Shown: in pieces, positions 31,615 to 42,860 of the stretch | Layout of the letters: the number at the start of each line of letters is the position of its first letter | How positions within the stretch are numbered: position 1 is the stretch's first letter | Assembly (NCBI GenBank): GCA_044229975.1 | Contig: JBGARZ010000001.1 | Coordinates: 128,001 to 192,000, forward strand | From: Polyangiales bacterium | GTDB lineage: Bacteria; Myxococcota_A; Polyangia; Polyangiales; Ga0077539 | DNA length: 64,000 nt | Direction: 5' to 3' | Translations under genes and position numbers: made by a program | The notes under the pieces: model-generated | The model's input: the letters and a program-made list of their open reading frames with translations, nothing else | Database searches by the model: none | What the model was told of the DNA's origin: nothing

Positions 31615-33285
31615 ATGCGAACCCCCAAGTCCGCTCTCCTTCGTCCGGTCGTGCTCTCCATCGCGTTCGCTTCGGCGGCGTGCTCGTCCGAAGGCCCGAC
31701 GGGCACCCTCCCCGACGCAAGCGGCGGCTCCGACGTGGTCGTCAACCCGACCGACAACCCCATCATCCCGCCGACCGACTCGGGCACCGTCACCCCCGAC
31801 TCGGGCACCGTCACCCCCGACTCGGGCACACGCACCGACGCGGGCGTGACGCCCGGTGGTTCGACGGCGGTCACGACCTTCCAGTTCGATCGTGCGCGGT
31901 CGGGCGCCAACCGCAGCGAGACGCGCCTCACCCCGGCCGCCATCCGCGCGGGCTTCGCGCGCGCCGAAGCCTTCGCCCCCACGCTCGACGGCGAGGTCTA
32001 CGCCCAGCCGCTGTACCTCCCCGCGCTGACGGTCGGTGGCGCGCGCCACGACGTGCTCTTCGTCGCCACGCAGGCCAACTCCATGTATGCCCTCGACGCC
32101 ACCACGGGCGCCGAACTCTGGCGCACTGCCCTCGGCACCCCGGTGCCGCGCTCGATGCAGCAGTGCGGCAACATCAACACCATCGGCGTCGTCAGCACCG
32201 GCGTCATCGACCGCGCGACCAACACCCTCTACGCCGTCGCGTTCACCAACACGGGCGGGCTCCAGTTTCGCCTCAACGCGCTCGACGTCACCACCGGCGC
32301 GCAGCGCGCGGGCTACCCCGCCAACATCAGTCCGCCCGACGTCGGCGCGTCGAGCTTCGACGCCCGCGCGACCGGCCAGCGCGCCGCGCTCCAGCTCATC
32401 GACGGCCGCGTCTACGTCCCCTTCGGCGGCCTCTACGGCGACTGCGGCATGTACCACGGCTGGATCGTCGGCATCGACCCCGCCAACCCGGCGCAGCAGG
32501 TCGCCTTCGCCACGCCGGGCCGCGGCTCGGGCATCTGGGCGGTCGGTGGTTCGTCCGTCGACGACATGGGCCGCATCTTCGTCGCGACGGGCAACAGCAC
32601 CCCGCTCGGCGGGCACACCCCGGGCTCCATGGGCGAGCGCGTGATTCGCCTCGGCAGCGGCGCCATGGGCCCCACCTCGTCGACCGCCGCGGACTCGTAC
32701 TTCGAGGCCACCGACGCCCGCATGCTCGACCTCCAGGACCTCGACATCGGCTCCGTCAGCCCGATGCTCGTCGCCCCCATCGCGGGCGCGCCGCGGCTCA
32801 TCTGGCAGGGCGGCAAGGCCGGCGTCAGCTACCTCCTCAACGGCGACAACCTCGGCGGAACCAACGCCGGCATCACCCAGGAGCGCTTCTTCGGCGGCGG
32901 CAACTACGGCGCCGCGGCGACGTGGTCGGACGGCACCGACAGCTACGTGTTCGTGCCGGGTCGCGGCACGCGCGCGGGGTGCAGCGGCTCGGGTGGTGTG
33001 ATGGCCGTCCGGGTGACGGCGAGCAGCATGGACACCGCTTGGTGCAGCGCCACCGTGGGCAACCCCAACCCCCCGGCGGTCTCCTCCAACGGCAACGCCG
33101 ACGGCGTGCTCTGGGTCGCGGGCTCGGGCACCCCGGGCACCCTCCGCGCCATCGAGATCTCCACCGGCATGGAGATCTTCAGCGGCGCGCCCCCGAGCGT
33201 GCGCCAGTGGACGCCCGTCGTCGTCGCCGACGGCAGGGTCTACGTCACGGGCTCGCGCACCGTGTCGATGTTCACCACGCGGTAG
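31615..33285 (+). CDS. PQQ-binding-like beta-propeller lipoprotein
   Basis: Lipobox SAAC; RARSGAN..ET.LTP; DGEVYAQPLY; YALDATTG..LW; GVVSTGVID; YHGW; GIW. Confidence 0.8.
   Translation: MRTPKSALLRPVVLSIAFASAACSSEGPTGTLPDASGGSDVVVNPTDNPIIPPTDSGTVTPDSGTVTPDSGTRTDAGVTPGGSTAVTTFQFDRARSGANRSETRLTPAAIRAGFARAEAFAPTLDGEVYAQPLYLPALTVGGARHDVLFVATQANSMYALDATTGAELWRTALGTPVPRSMQQCGNINTIGVVSTGVIDRATNTLYAVAFTNTGGLQFRLNALDVTTGAQRAGYPANISPPDVGASSFDARATGQRAALQLIDGRVYVPFGGLYGDCGMYHGWIVGIDPANPAQQVAFATPGRGSGIWAVGGSSVDDMGRIFVATGNSTPLGGHTPGSMGERVIRLGSGAMGPTSSTAADSYFEATDARMLDLQDLDIGSVSPMLVAPIAGAPRLIWQGGKAGVSYLLNGDNLGGTNAGITQERFFGGGNYGAAATWSDGTDSYVFVPGRGTRAGCSGSGGVMAVRVTASSMDTAWCSATVGNPNPPAVSSNGNADGVLWVAGSGTPGTLRAIEISTGMEIFSGAPPSVRQWTPVVVADGRVYVTGSRTVSMFTTR
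31775..31829 (+). repeat. 21-bp coding tandem repeat (DSGTVTP), about 2.6 copies
   Basis: ccgactcgggcaccgtcaccc repeated perfectly within the lipoprotein linker. Confidence 0.85.
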
Positions 33286-33365
33286 CGACATAGCCCGTCA
33301 CGCGCGCTGCGCGGCGCCCGCCCCGTTCGTTGACAGGGGCGGTGCGATCTCCGAGAACCCACCTC

Positions 33366-35357
33366 ATGCGGTGGCCGACCTTCTCTTCTTCTCATCTCCC
33401 GTTGCTCGTGGTCTCAGCGCTGGTGGCCTGCTCGCCGCGCAGCACGGGCCCCGACACCAACACCGACGCGGGCACCGACGTCGCGACCGACCTCGGGTCC
33501 GCCAAGGACGTCGTGACCGATGTTCAAGCGGCCGACGTCCCGCCGCCCGATGACGTCCCCGATGTGACGACCATCGACGCCCCTGACGTGGTGGCGGACG
33601 ACGTGATCGCCGTCGACGCCCCCGATGTGGTCGCCGTCGACGCGCCCGACGTGGTCACCGCCGACACGCCCGACGTGGTGACCGCCGACGTCCCGCCGCT
33701 CGCCTGCCGCTCCTCGCGCGAGTGCTCCGCGCGGATGCAGGTCTGCGACACGAGCCTCGGCTTCTGCGTCGACTGCGTCTCCGCGGTGGACTGTACCGGC
33801 ACGGAGGTCTGCGCCAACAACCGCTGCGTCCCGCCGCCGCCGCCGTGCAACTCCGACCGCGAGTGCTCCGTGCGGATGCAGGTGTGCAACGTGACGCGAC
33901 ACGCCTGCGTCGACTGCAACACGGACGTCGACTGTGGCACCGGGCGCAACTGCAACCCCGACGGCAACTGCGTCGCGCAGACCTGCACGCCCAACTCCGT
34001 GAGCTGCGCCAACGAGACCACCCGCCGGGTGTGCTCGTCCGACGGGCGGATGTTCACCACCACCGCGTGCCCGTCGGTCACCAACGGCCTCTCGCGCTGC
34101 GCCGACGGCGCCTGCACGCCGTCGTGCAACGCGGGCTTCGCCGACTGCGACGGCAACGCGGCCAACGGCTGCGAGGTGGCCCTCGGGTCGAGCGTCAGCC
34201 ACTGCGGCGCCTGCAACAACCAGTGCCCCTCTGCGGGTGGCACGCCGACCTGCGTCGCGGGCGGGTGCTCGCTGTCGTGCAGCGCAGGCCGCGGCGACTG
34301 CGACGGCGTCTCGGCCAACGGCTGCGAGACCAACACCAGCAGCAGCAACGCCCACTGCGGCGTCTGCGGGCGCGTCTGCGGCGCCGGGCAGACCTGCTCG
34401 TCGGGAACGTGCTCGATCTCCGCGTGCCCGTCGGGGCAGACGCTCTGCGGCCTGTCCTGCGTCGACCTCAACAACGACGCGCGGCAGTGCGGCGCGTGCG
34501 GTCGCGTGTGCTCGTTTCCCAACGCCAACGCGAGCTGCTCGGCGGGCACCTGCGTGATCGCGACCTGCGCGAGCGGCTTCTCCGACTGCGACGGCGACCC
34601 GTCCAACGGCTGCGAGGTCGACCTCCGCTCGTCGGCCTCCAACTGCGGGGCGTGTCGACGGTCGTGCGCGCTCGACAACGCGACGTCCGCCTGCGCGTCG
34701 GGCACCTGCGTGATCTCCGCCTGCGCGCCGTCCTTCGGCGACTGCGACGGCAACCCCGCCAACGGCTGCGAGGTCAACGGCTTCACCGACCCGCGCAACT
34801 GCGGCGGCTGCGGCATCGCCTGCGCGACGGGGCAGTCGTGCCAGACGGGCGTGTGCGTGGCCAACCCCTGCTCGACCGGGCTCACGCTGTGCGGCGCGTC
34901 GAACTGCCGCGACCTCACCAATGACACGGCCAACTGCGGCGCATGCAACCGCGTCTGCGCGTCGGGCCAGAGCTGCGTGGCGTCGAACTGCATCACCCCC
35001 ACGCTGCGCTTCAACCTCACCTGGAACACCCGGGCCGACCTCGACCTCGCGGTCGTGACGCCCACCGGCGTGCTCATCTTTTACGGCGCCCGCATGGGCG
35101 GCGGCGGAACGCTCGGCGAGGACAGCATGACCACCGGCCCCGAGCAGATCACCTGGAGCGCTACGCCCGCCTCCGGCACGTACATCGTCTGCGCGATTCC
35201 CTACAGCCTGTCGACGGCGCCGGTGAGCTACACGCTCCAGGCCTTTCGCGGCGCGGGTGCCCCGACGACCCGCACCGGGAGCTACTCGACGGCGGCGCCC
35301 GCCGGAGAGCGCTGCTCGGCGACGAGCCCGTACCGCGTCCTCGACTTCGTCTACTGA
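33366..35357 (+). CDS. Cys-rich repeat lipoprotein with C-terminal YfaP/DUF2135-like domain
   Basis: Lipobox LVAC; D(A/T)PDVV linker repeats; four DCDG..NGCE units and several (N/H/Q)CG.C...C units; C-terminal LTW...DLDL.V.TP.G..GPE.I.W. Confidence 0.85.
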   Translation: MRWPTFSSSHLPLLVVSALVACSPRSTGPDTNTDAGTDVATDLGSAKDVVTDVQAADVPPPDDVPDVTTIDAPDVVADDVIAVDAPDVVAVDAPDVVTADTPDVVTADVPPLACRSSRECSARMQVCDTSLGFCVDCVSAVDCTGTEVCANNRCVPPPPPCNSDRECSVRMQVCNVTRHACVDCNTDVDCGTGRNCNPDGNCVAQTCTPNSVSCANETTRRVCSSDGRMFTTTACPSVTNGLSRCADGACTPSCNAGFADCDGNAANGCEVALGSSVSHCGACNNQCPSAGGTPTCVAGGCSLSCSAGRGDCDGVSANGCETNTSSSNAHCGVCGRVCGAGQTCSSGTCSISACPSGQTLCGLSCVDLNNDARQCGACGRVCSFPNANASCSAGTCVIATCASGFSDCDGDPSNGCEVDLRSSASNCGACRRSCALDNATSACASGTCVISACAPSFGDCDGNPANGCEVNGFTDPRNCGGCGIACATGQSCQTGVCVANPCSTGLTLCGASNCRDLTNDTANCGACNRVCASGQSCVASNCITPTLRFNLTWNTRADLDLAVVTPTGVLIFYGARMGGGGTLGEDSMTTGPEQITWSATPASGTYIVCAIPYSLSTAPVSYTLQAFRGAGAPTTRTGSYSTAAPAGERCSATSPYRVLDFVY

Positions 35358-35399
35358 GCGCCCGCGCGGGGCCCGACCTGTGGTATCCGCGCAGGTCTC

Positions 35400-36956
<1,557 letters not shown>

Positions 36957-36968
36957 CGCCGCGGGTTC

Positions 36969-36977
36969 TGGTACCGT
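36969..36977 (+). promoter_or_regulatory. Extended -10 element (leaderless spacing)
   Basis: TG-G-TACCGT, 6 nt before ATG 36984. Confidence 0.5.
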
Positions 36978-36983
36978 GGCGGA

Positions 36984-38264
36984 ATGGGACGATCGTGGCT
37001 CTTCCTTCTGCCGGTAATGGTTGGGGCGTGCGCGCCCGAGGAGATCTCGGACACTGTCGTCCGTGACGCGGGCCCGCGGGTCGACGCGCGCGCCACCGAT
37101 CGACCCGTGGTGCGTGACACCGGGCCCGTGCGCGACACCGGTCCGGCCCGGGACACGGGGCCCGTGCGCGACACCGGGATGACCACCAACCCGACGGACG
37201 GGGGCGGCACGACGGGGCGACGCGAGGACTGCACGACGCCCTTCGACGACGACGGCGATGGCGTCGCCAACGAGGACTGCGCCTGCACACCGGGCATGGA
37301 ACAGATGTGCTTCGAGCGCCCCGAAGACGCCTTCCGGGGAATGTGCCGCATGGGGCGGCAGCGCTGCGAGGGCGAAGGCGAGTTCGGGACGTGGTCGGCG
37401 TGCGGCGGGTCGTGGCTGCCCATCGCCGAGGCCATGAACCAGTGCGAGATCGCGCAGCCGCTCATGGGGATGACCGCGACGCGCGCGCCGGTCGACATCC
37501 TGCTCTTCGTCGACACCTCCGGGTCGATGGCCGAGGAGACCGCGGCGGTCAACGAGAACATGAACCGCTTCGCCATGATCATGGGCGCGAGCGGCCTCGA
37601 CTACCGGGTCATCATGGTGGCCCGACGCGGCACCGCGCGCCTCCAGGTGTGCATCCCCGCGCCGCTCGGTGGAGCGTCGTGCGCCGACGGTCCACGGCTG
37701 CGGCATCTCAACGTCACCGTCGACAGCGTCAACGGCCTCCGCCAGTGGATCGCGACGCAGCCCATGTGGCAGTCGTTCACGCGCACCGACGCGTTGAAGT
37801 TCTTCGTGGCCGTCACGGATGATGAGAGCTCGATGAGTGCGGACGAGTTCAACACCACGGTCACGCGGTGGCCGGGGTTCTCGTCGTATGTGTTCCACTC
37901 CATCGTGGGGTACGAGTCGCGCGCGGACTGCCCGACGCTCGCGCGCCGCGGCGGCGTGTACCTCACGCTCACCTCGCGCACCCGCGGTATGGCCGCGCGC
38001 GTGTGCAGCACCGACTGGACGGCGATCTTCACCTCCTTCGCGCGCGACATCACCAGCCGCGCCAACGCATGGATCGTCGACGCCGACGCGCGGCCCGACA
38101 CGGTGCAGGTGTGGTTCGTCGCGCCCGACGGCACCCGGACGCAGCTCACGACGGGGTGGAGCTACGACGCCGCCACGCGACGGCTCACCATCGACTCGGC
38201 GCGCCTGCCGCCCGAAGGACACCGCGTCGAGGTGCTGTACCGCACCAACGCCTCGTCGCCGTAG
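36984..38264 (+). CDS. vWA-domain lipoprotein (CglB-like architecture)
   Basis: Lipobox VGAC; RDTGP repeats; DDDGDG..NE.C motif; MIDAS VDILLFVDTSGSM and VTDDE. Confidence 0.82.
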   Translation: MGRSWLFLLPVMVGACAPEEISDTVVRDAGPRVDARATDRPVVRDTGPVRDTGPARDTGPVRDTGMTTNPTDGGGTTGRREDCTTPFDDDGDGVANEDCACTPGMEQMCFERPEDAFRGMCRMGRQRCEGEGEFGTWSACGGSWLPIAEAMNQCEIAQPLMGMTATRAPVDILLFVDTSGSMAEETAAVNENMNRFAMIMGASGLDYRVIMVARRGTARLQVCIPAPLGGASCADGPRLRHLNVTVDSVNGLRQWIATQPMWQSFTRTDALKFFVAVTDDESSMSADEFNTTVTRWPGFSSYVFHSIVGYESRADCPTLARRGGVYLTLTSRTRGMAARVCSTDWTAIFTSFARDITSRANAWIVDADARPDTVQVWFVAPDGTRTQLTTGWSYDAATRRLTIDSARLPPEGHRVEVLYRTNASSP

Positions 38265-38276
38265 CGGGGGGAAGGG

Positions 38277-38543
38277 TCAGGTCGCGCGGTCGTCGGCGAG
38301 CCACGCGCCCAGCGCCGGGGCGTCGAGGTCCATCACGACGTCGCCGACGCGCTCGGGACCCAGCGCCCGCAACCGATCGCGCAGCCGCGCCTGCTCGACC
38401 TCACCGAGAGCGCGCCCGAGCTTTCGCTCGAACTGGTGCGACACCAACGCGACCCCGCGGGCCTCTCCGCGGGCCTCTCCGCGGGCCTCTCCCTTCTGGA
38501 AGGGCCACGACCGTTCGATCAATCCTTCGTCGACGATGCCCAT
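38277..38543 (-). CDS. Predicted nested in-frame small protein (RpnS-like antitoxin, 88 aa)
   Basis: Internal GGGAG-N6-ATG, in frame, just before the GEAR repeats. Confidence 0.55.
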   Translation of the reverse strand: MGIVDEGLIERSWPFQKGEARGEARGEARGVALVSHQFERKLGRALGEVEQARLRDRLRALGPERVGDVVMDLDAPALGAWLADDRAT

Positions 38544-39179
38544 GAGCCACTCCCGGATGTTGCGCTTCGCAGGCTCCGATTCTGCCACGACGGTCATCGC
38601 GGCGACCACCTCCACCAGCTCGTCGCGGCTCTGCGCCGCGGCCCGTGCGGCCGCCAGGGCCAGCGGCAGCGTCTCGGGCGACGCGTCCCTTACCAGCGGC
38701 GCAAACGCCAACCACAGCAGGCTCCCGCGCGCCACGAGCTCGGCCACCGTGCATTGGTACACCGGGTCGATGCGAAACCGCGCTCCACTGAAGCGCTCCT
38801 CCCGCGGCGACACGCGGAAGCGCCCCCGCTCGGGCCACGGCGCCTCTCGGCCGGAGAGCAACACGACCGTGCTCACGATCGGCGCACGATGGACTGGCCG
38901 GCGCGGGTCGCGCTGCGCCATCGCCAGCAGCGCCTGGTACTCGTAGATCCGGTAGGGCAGGCCCCTCTCCCACGCCCACTGCCACTCGACGTGCAGCCAG
39001 CGGCGGCGCCCGCCCACGAGCACTGACAGCACGCGGTCGAGGCGACGCTCCACGGCTGCGACTTGCGTCTCCTGCCACGCCTCCACCTCGAACTCCGCGG
39101 CGGGCCCGAGCACCCCGCGCGCATACGCCTCGGGCATCCGTTGCGCGACGTGGCGAAGCGTGATGTCGAGATCCCCCAT
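38277..39179 (-). CDS. Rpn-family (PD-(D/E)xK, YhgA-like) nuclease with DUF4351-like C-terminus
   Basis: Strong SD GAGGAGG; D.TLR, ERRLDRV, LHVEWQ and RIYEY; GEAR repeats; C-terminal FERKLG...L.AWL. Confidence 0.8.
   Translation of the reverse strand: MGDLDITLRHVAQRMPEAYARGVLGPAAEFEVEAWQETQVAAVERRLDRVLSVLVGGRRRWLHVEWQWAWERGLPYRIYEYQALLAMAQRDPRRPVHRAPIVSTVVLLSGREAPWPERGRFRVSPREERFSGARFRIDPVYQCTVAELVARGSLLWLAFAPLVRDASPETLPLALAAARAAAQSRDELVEVVAAMTVVAESEPAKRNIREWLMGIVDEGLIERSWPFQKGEARGEARGEARGVALVSHQFERKLGRALGEVEQARLRDRLRALGPERVGDVVMDLDAPALGAWLADDRAT
38457..38492 (-). repeat. 12-bp perfect tandem repeat x3 (GEAR)
   Basis: gcgggcctctcc x3 on the + strand. Confidence 0.9.
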
Positions 39180-39278
39180 CGCCCTCCTCCTCGTGACGAA
39201 CACCGTCGTCGCACGCGACCCCGGACGGGTCAACGGTCGCGTCGAGGCGCTAACGCCTCGTCGCCGTAGCCGCGGCCC

Positions 39279-40439
39279 TCAGCGCGGCGCGGGCTCTTGC
39301 GCCGACGAGAGATCCACCGCGGTCGGTCGGCTCTCGCCGTTGATCTGTCCCCAGCAGCGCACCGCACCCGCCACATCGCGCACGCAGGTCGACCCGCCGC
39401 CGCCGGCCGGCTCGCCGCCGCCCACCGCTACCTCCACGGCGCCGATCACGTCCCGCACCACCACCGGGGTCGCGGAGTCGTCCAGCGCTTCACGCGTTCG
39501 ACCGAGCTGGCCCGATGCGTTGGCGCCCCAGCACGAGACCCTCCCGCCGCTGGTCAGCGCGCACGAGTGGTACTCTCCGACCGCGAGGCGCAGCGCGTTG
39601 GCGACGCCTCGCAGCGGCGTCGGGCGGTAGCTGGCGGAGCCCTCGCCGCCCCAGCACCACACGCGCGAACCCGCCCGCGCGCAGCTCGGCGCGAACTGGC
39701 TCGTCCCGACCTCGTCGACGCCCGCGAGTCCGGCGAGACGGATGGGCGGCACGTTGCTCTCGCTCACCCCCGCGTCGCCGGGGAGCTGATGAAACCCGGC
39801 GGTGCCCCAGCACGAGACGCTCCCGTCGACGTGCACCGCACACGAAATGGTGCCGTGCCCCAACGCGCGGACGGGCGCAGGGAGCGCGACCTCGCGGAGC
39901 GCCGAGGGCTCGGTGCCCTCCCAGCACCACACCGACCCGTTGGTCTTCCGAACGCAGTCCCAGGCGACCTCCGCCACGTCGGTCGCCTCGACGCCACCGG
40001 TGCGCAGGGTCTCGTCCCAGCATCGCAGCTCGCCGCTCCGACGACGCGCGCACCAGCGGGCCACGTCGCCCGCGACCTCCACCGCGTCGACGAGGCCCAC
40101 GACCAGCGCTGGCGCGGCGTGCGCGCGGTTGTCGTCGTTGTCCTCCATCCCGACGCCCCAGCACACCACGCGACCGTCGACACGCAACGCGCAGGCGCGG
40201 TTGTGGCCGAGGGCGATCTGCGCGACGGGCGAGGAGGGCGCCACGCCACCGACCGGCGGCAGTCCCGGCGGCGCGGGAGCGACGGCAGCGACATCGAGCG
40301 ACGGCGTCCCGGCGTCCACCACCGGCATCGGCGGGGTCACCGCGACGGTCGGCGGCGGCAGGGGCGCGGGCGGGCGGCATCCGGCGAGCGCGAGGAGAGC
40401 GGGCAGGACGCAGTGATGGAGGGTCAGTCGCGGCAGCAC
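39279..40439 (-). CDS. RCC1/BLIP-II repeat lipoprotein
   Basis: Lipobox LAGC; repeated G..H.CA...G.V.CWG; GTG start preceded by TATCGT-N6. Confidence 0.88.
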   Translation of the reverse strand: MLPRLTLHHCVLPALLALAGCRPPAPLPPPTVAVTPPMPVVDAGTPSLDVAAVAPAPPGLPPVGGVAPSSPVAQIALGHNRACALRVDGRVVCWGVGMEDNDDNRAHAAPALVVGLVDAVEVAGDVARWCARRRSGELRCWDETLRTGGVEATDVAEVAWDCVRKTNGSVWCWEGTEPSALREVALPAPVRALGHGTISCAVHVDGSVSCWGTAGFHQLPGDAGVSESNVPPIRLAGLAGVDEVGTSQFAPSCARAGSRVWCWGGEGSASYRPTPLRGVANALRLAVGEYHSCALTSGGRVSCWGANASGQLGRTREALDDSATPVVVRDVIGAVEVAVGGGEPAGGGGSTCVRDVAGAVRCWGQINGESRPTAVDLSSAQEPAPR

Positions 40440-40551
40440 CTCGCCACGATACGCCCGATGGTATCGGCGCCGCCGATTCCCTGCCGCTACGAGGTCGGAC
40501 GCACGAGCCCGGCGCCTACCTCGCGTTGTTCAGGAACGACTGGCCGCGGAG

Positions 40552-41868
40552 TCAGTTGATGCGGACAGCGTCGATCGTCCAGCCGGGGTTCTGGAGGCGC
40601 CAAACGCTAGCGCCGCGGGCCTGGAAGCGGACGCGGACCCGCGCCGTGAGGCACGACGGCGGGAGCGTGATGGACTGCGCCGTGATCGCGAAGGCGCGCG
40701 TGGAGTTGTATCCGCCGGAGCAGTAGGTGGTCGCACACTGGGACTGTCGCGCGGGCCAGGGGTTCGGCGTCAGGTTGGTCCACGCGGCGCCGCCGTCCCC
40801 CGAACACTGCGGCGAGAGGCGCTCGGACTTGTCGACCGACGAGTCGTACGATGGGTTGTCGTCGAGGCGCACCGTGAACGTGAGGAGCGCCGCACTGCAG
40901 CCAGAGAGGTCGGTGTCCGCGCCGCTGGTGAGGTTCTGCGTGTATGTCGACGCGAACCGCGTGGTGGAGCCGGCGACCACGTTGCCCGAGCCGTGTCGCC
41001 AGAGGCTGTCGAAGGTCCAGCCGTCGGTCCCTGTGTCGAAGAGTCCGAGCGCGAGCGCCGTGGGACAGGTACGGTGACTGACGTCGGACGTACCAACGTC
41101 CACCGGACCAGCGTCGGGAACGCCGACCTCGTTCACCTCGCTATCGACCCCCGTGTCCGCGGTCCCAGCGTCGATCGCGCCGGCGTCACCTGACACGTCG
41201 ATGACCGCCACGACGTCCATCGGTCCCGACACGTCCGCGCTCACGCCAACGTCGACCGTGCCATCGGCCAGGGCGTCGCGTGCGACGTCCGTCGCTTCTG
41301 CATCGCTGCCCGCCACGTCCGAGCTGCCGTCGGACCCGACCGCTCCTGCATCCCCGCCAACGCTCCCCTGCGCGGACGGAACCACCGTCGCGCTCACACA
41401 ATCCCCACTGCTGGGCTCGCACCGCTGCGATGGCAGGCATCGGTTGGCCAGACACGCCGTCGCGAGCACCAGTTGCAGGTCGAGCGTCGCCTCGTCCACG
41501 AACTGAACGACCGCGCGCTGCGACACCACCGCGTCGGCGCGCGTGCAGGTCGTCCCGGCGCAGCCGAGCGCCTCGATCCACACGGGCGTCGGGTCGTTGG
41601 CGCCACGGGACGCGGTCGGCAGGAGACCGACGCGGAAGGGGAGCGCCGTGAGCCCGCCCGTCGTCCCCAGCGGGACCAACCGCAGGCTGCGCGACGGGCC
41701 GTTGGCGTCGCCGGTTCGCACCTCCACCGAGAGCGTCTGGATCTGTTGTCCTGGCCCCCACGGAACCTGCGACGTGACCGTGGCGACGATCTCCGTGCGC
41801 GGTCGGGTGCAGGCGACGCCCCACGCCACCATCGCCACCCCAGCAGCGCGAAGGAGAGGGCTTTTCAC
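40552..41868 (-). CDS. Hypothetical lipoprotein (N-terminal myxobacterial beta domain, acidic linker, C-terminal jelly-roll-like domain)
   Basis: GTG start preceded by TG-A-TAGCGT-N7; lipobox GVAC; D/A/G/V linker; ends VRVRFQ..GWTIDAVRI. Confidence 0.72.
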   Translation of the reverse strand: MKSPLLRAAGVAMVAWGVACTRPRTEIVATVTSQVPWGPGQQIQTLSVEVRTGDANGPSRSLRLVPLGTTGGLTALPFRVGLLPTASRGANDPTPVWIEALGCAGTTCTRADAVVSQRAVVQFVDEATLDLQLVLATACLANRCLPSQRCEPSSGDCVSATVVPSAQGSVGGDAGAVGSDGSSDVAGSDAEATDVARDALADGTVDVGVSADVSGPMDVVAVIDVSGDAGAIDAGTADTGVDSEVNEVGVPDAGPVDVGTSDVSHRTCPTALALGLFDTGTDGWTFDSLWRHGSGNVVAGSTTRFASTYTQNLTSGADTDLSGCSAALLTFTVRLDDNPSYDSSVDKSERLSPQCSGDGGAAWTNLTPNPWPARQSQCATTYCSGGYNSTRAFAITAQSITLPPSCLTARVRVRFQARGASVWRLQNPGWTIDAVRIN

Positions 41869-42040
41869 CGGGCAGACGCTATCACGGGCCTGGGAGCAAT
41901 CCGCAGACGGACCCAGACAGCGTGGGGGCGCGGTGCCGCTGTTGGTCCCGCCGCTGCTGTCAACGCGCCAGCTCGCCCCATCGACGTGGACGTACACCCG
42001 CGGGGAGGCGACGAGCAGAGCGTCGCCGCGTGGACGCCCG

Positions 42041-42562
42041 CTACGACGTCGGACGCGTACGCCCCGCGACGGGCGGACCCGACGGTGCGCGCTGGAGCCG
42101 CGCCGAAGTGACGCGCGCGTTGACCGTGAGCGTGAAGGTGCCCTCGCTGTCGGTGTCGTAGCCGTCGACGAAGATGAACCAGGTTCCCGCGGTGAGGTCG
42201 AGGTCGAGCCCGGCGTGGCGGGCGTCTTCGCGGTCGTCGTTGCAGGCGAGCTCGGACACCTCGTCAGCGCAGTCGCCGCGCACGTACAGCGCGACGTCGT
42301 AGTCGGCCGCCACGCGGAGCGAGACGTGGGCGGGCTGGTCGAGGTGCAGCGAGTACACGCGCTCGCCGGAGAGGGCCTGCCGCGCGCACGAGGCGTGGGC
42401 GCGGTCGGCGACGCCGACGGTGGTGCCGCGGACGGTGGTGTTGTCGAGGAGCGACGTCACCTGCGAGCACGCCCCACGCGACGACGGCTGCGAGGCGACG
42501 CCCGAGGGGACGGCCAGCAGCGAGGCGCACAGAAGGAGGAGTGGGGCGCGGGACAAGCGCAT
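42041..42562 (-). CDS. Secreted PPC (pre-peptidase C-terminal)-like domain protein
   Basis: Signal peptide; GERVYSL, YDVALYVR..C....ELACNDD and L.AGTWFIFVDGY. Confidence 0.8.
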   Translation of the reverse strand: MRLSRAPLLLLCASLLAVPSGVASQPSSRGACSQVTSLLDNTTVRGTTVGVADRAHASCARQALSGERVYSLHLDQPAHVSLRVAADYDVALYVRGDCADEVSELACNDDREDARHAGLDLDLTAGTWFIFVDGYDTDSEGTFTLTVNARVTSARLQRAPSGPPVAGRTRPTS

Positions 42563-42637
42563 CTACGATGACACGACCGGGTTGGAGGGCGCGGAAAGAT
42601 TTCGGAAACGCGCGCCGGTGTCAACGGACCGGGGCAA

Positions 42638-42858
42638 GCCCTGACCTTCGGAGTAGGCGGGATGGGAGGCAGAAGTCGCAAGGGCGCGAGGGTCGCAAGG
42701 ATCGGAGTTTCAGGAGCGCGGAGGGTTGGGTCCGCAGTCTTCCAAGACACCACCACGCGCATGGCGCTCGTCTCCGCTGCCCTTGAAACTCCGGTCCTTG
42801 CGACCCTCGCGCCCTTGCGACTTCTGCCTCCCATCCCGCCTACTCCGAAGGTCAGGGC
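42638..42858. repeat. Long inverted repeat: 75-bp arms, 1 mismatch, 71-bp spacer (MITE/REPIN-like)
   Basis: 42638-42712 is the reverse complement of 42784-42858 except gaTcgg vs gaCcgg. Confidence 0.92.
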
Positions 42859-42860
42859 GA

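Noticed and set aside
33366..35357. Cys-rich protein as a multihaem cytochrome or Fe-S protein
   Set aside because: The CxxC units lack the following His and the protein is an exported lipoprotein, consistent with disulfide repeats.
38277..39179. Rpn gene as an active IS element
   Set aside because: No terminal inverted repeats or target duplications are visible, and the family is not shown to transpose.
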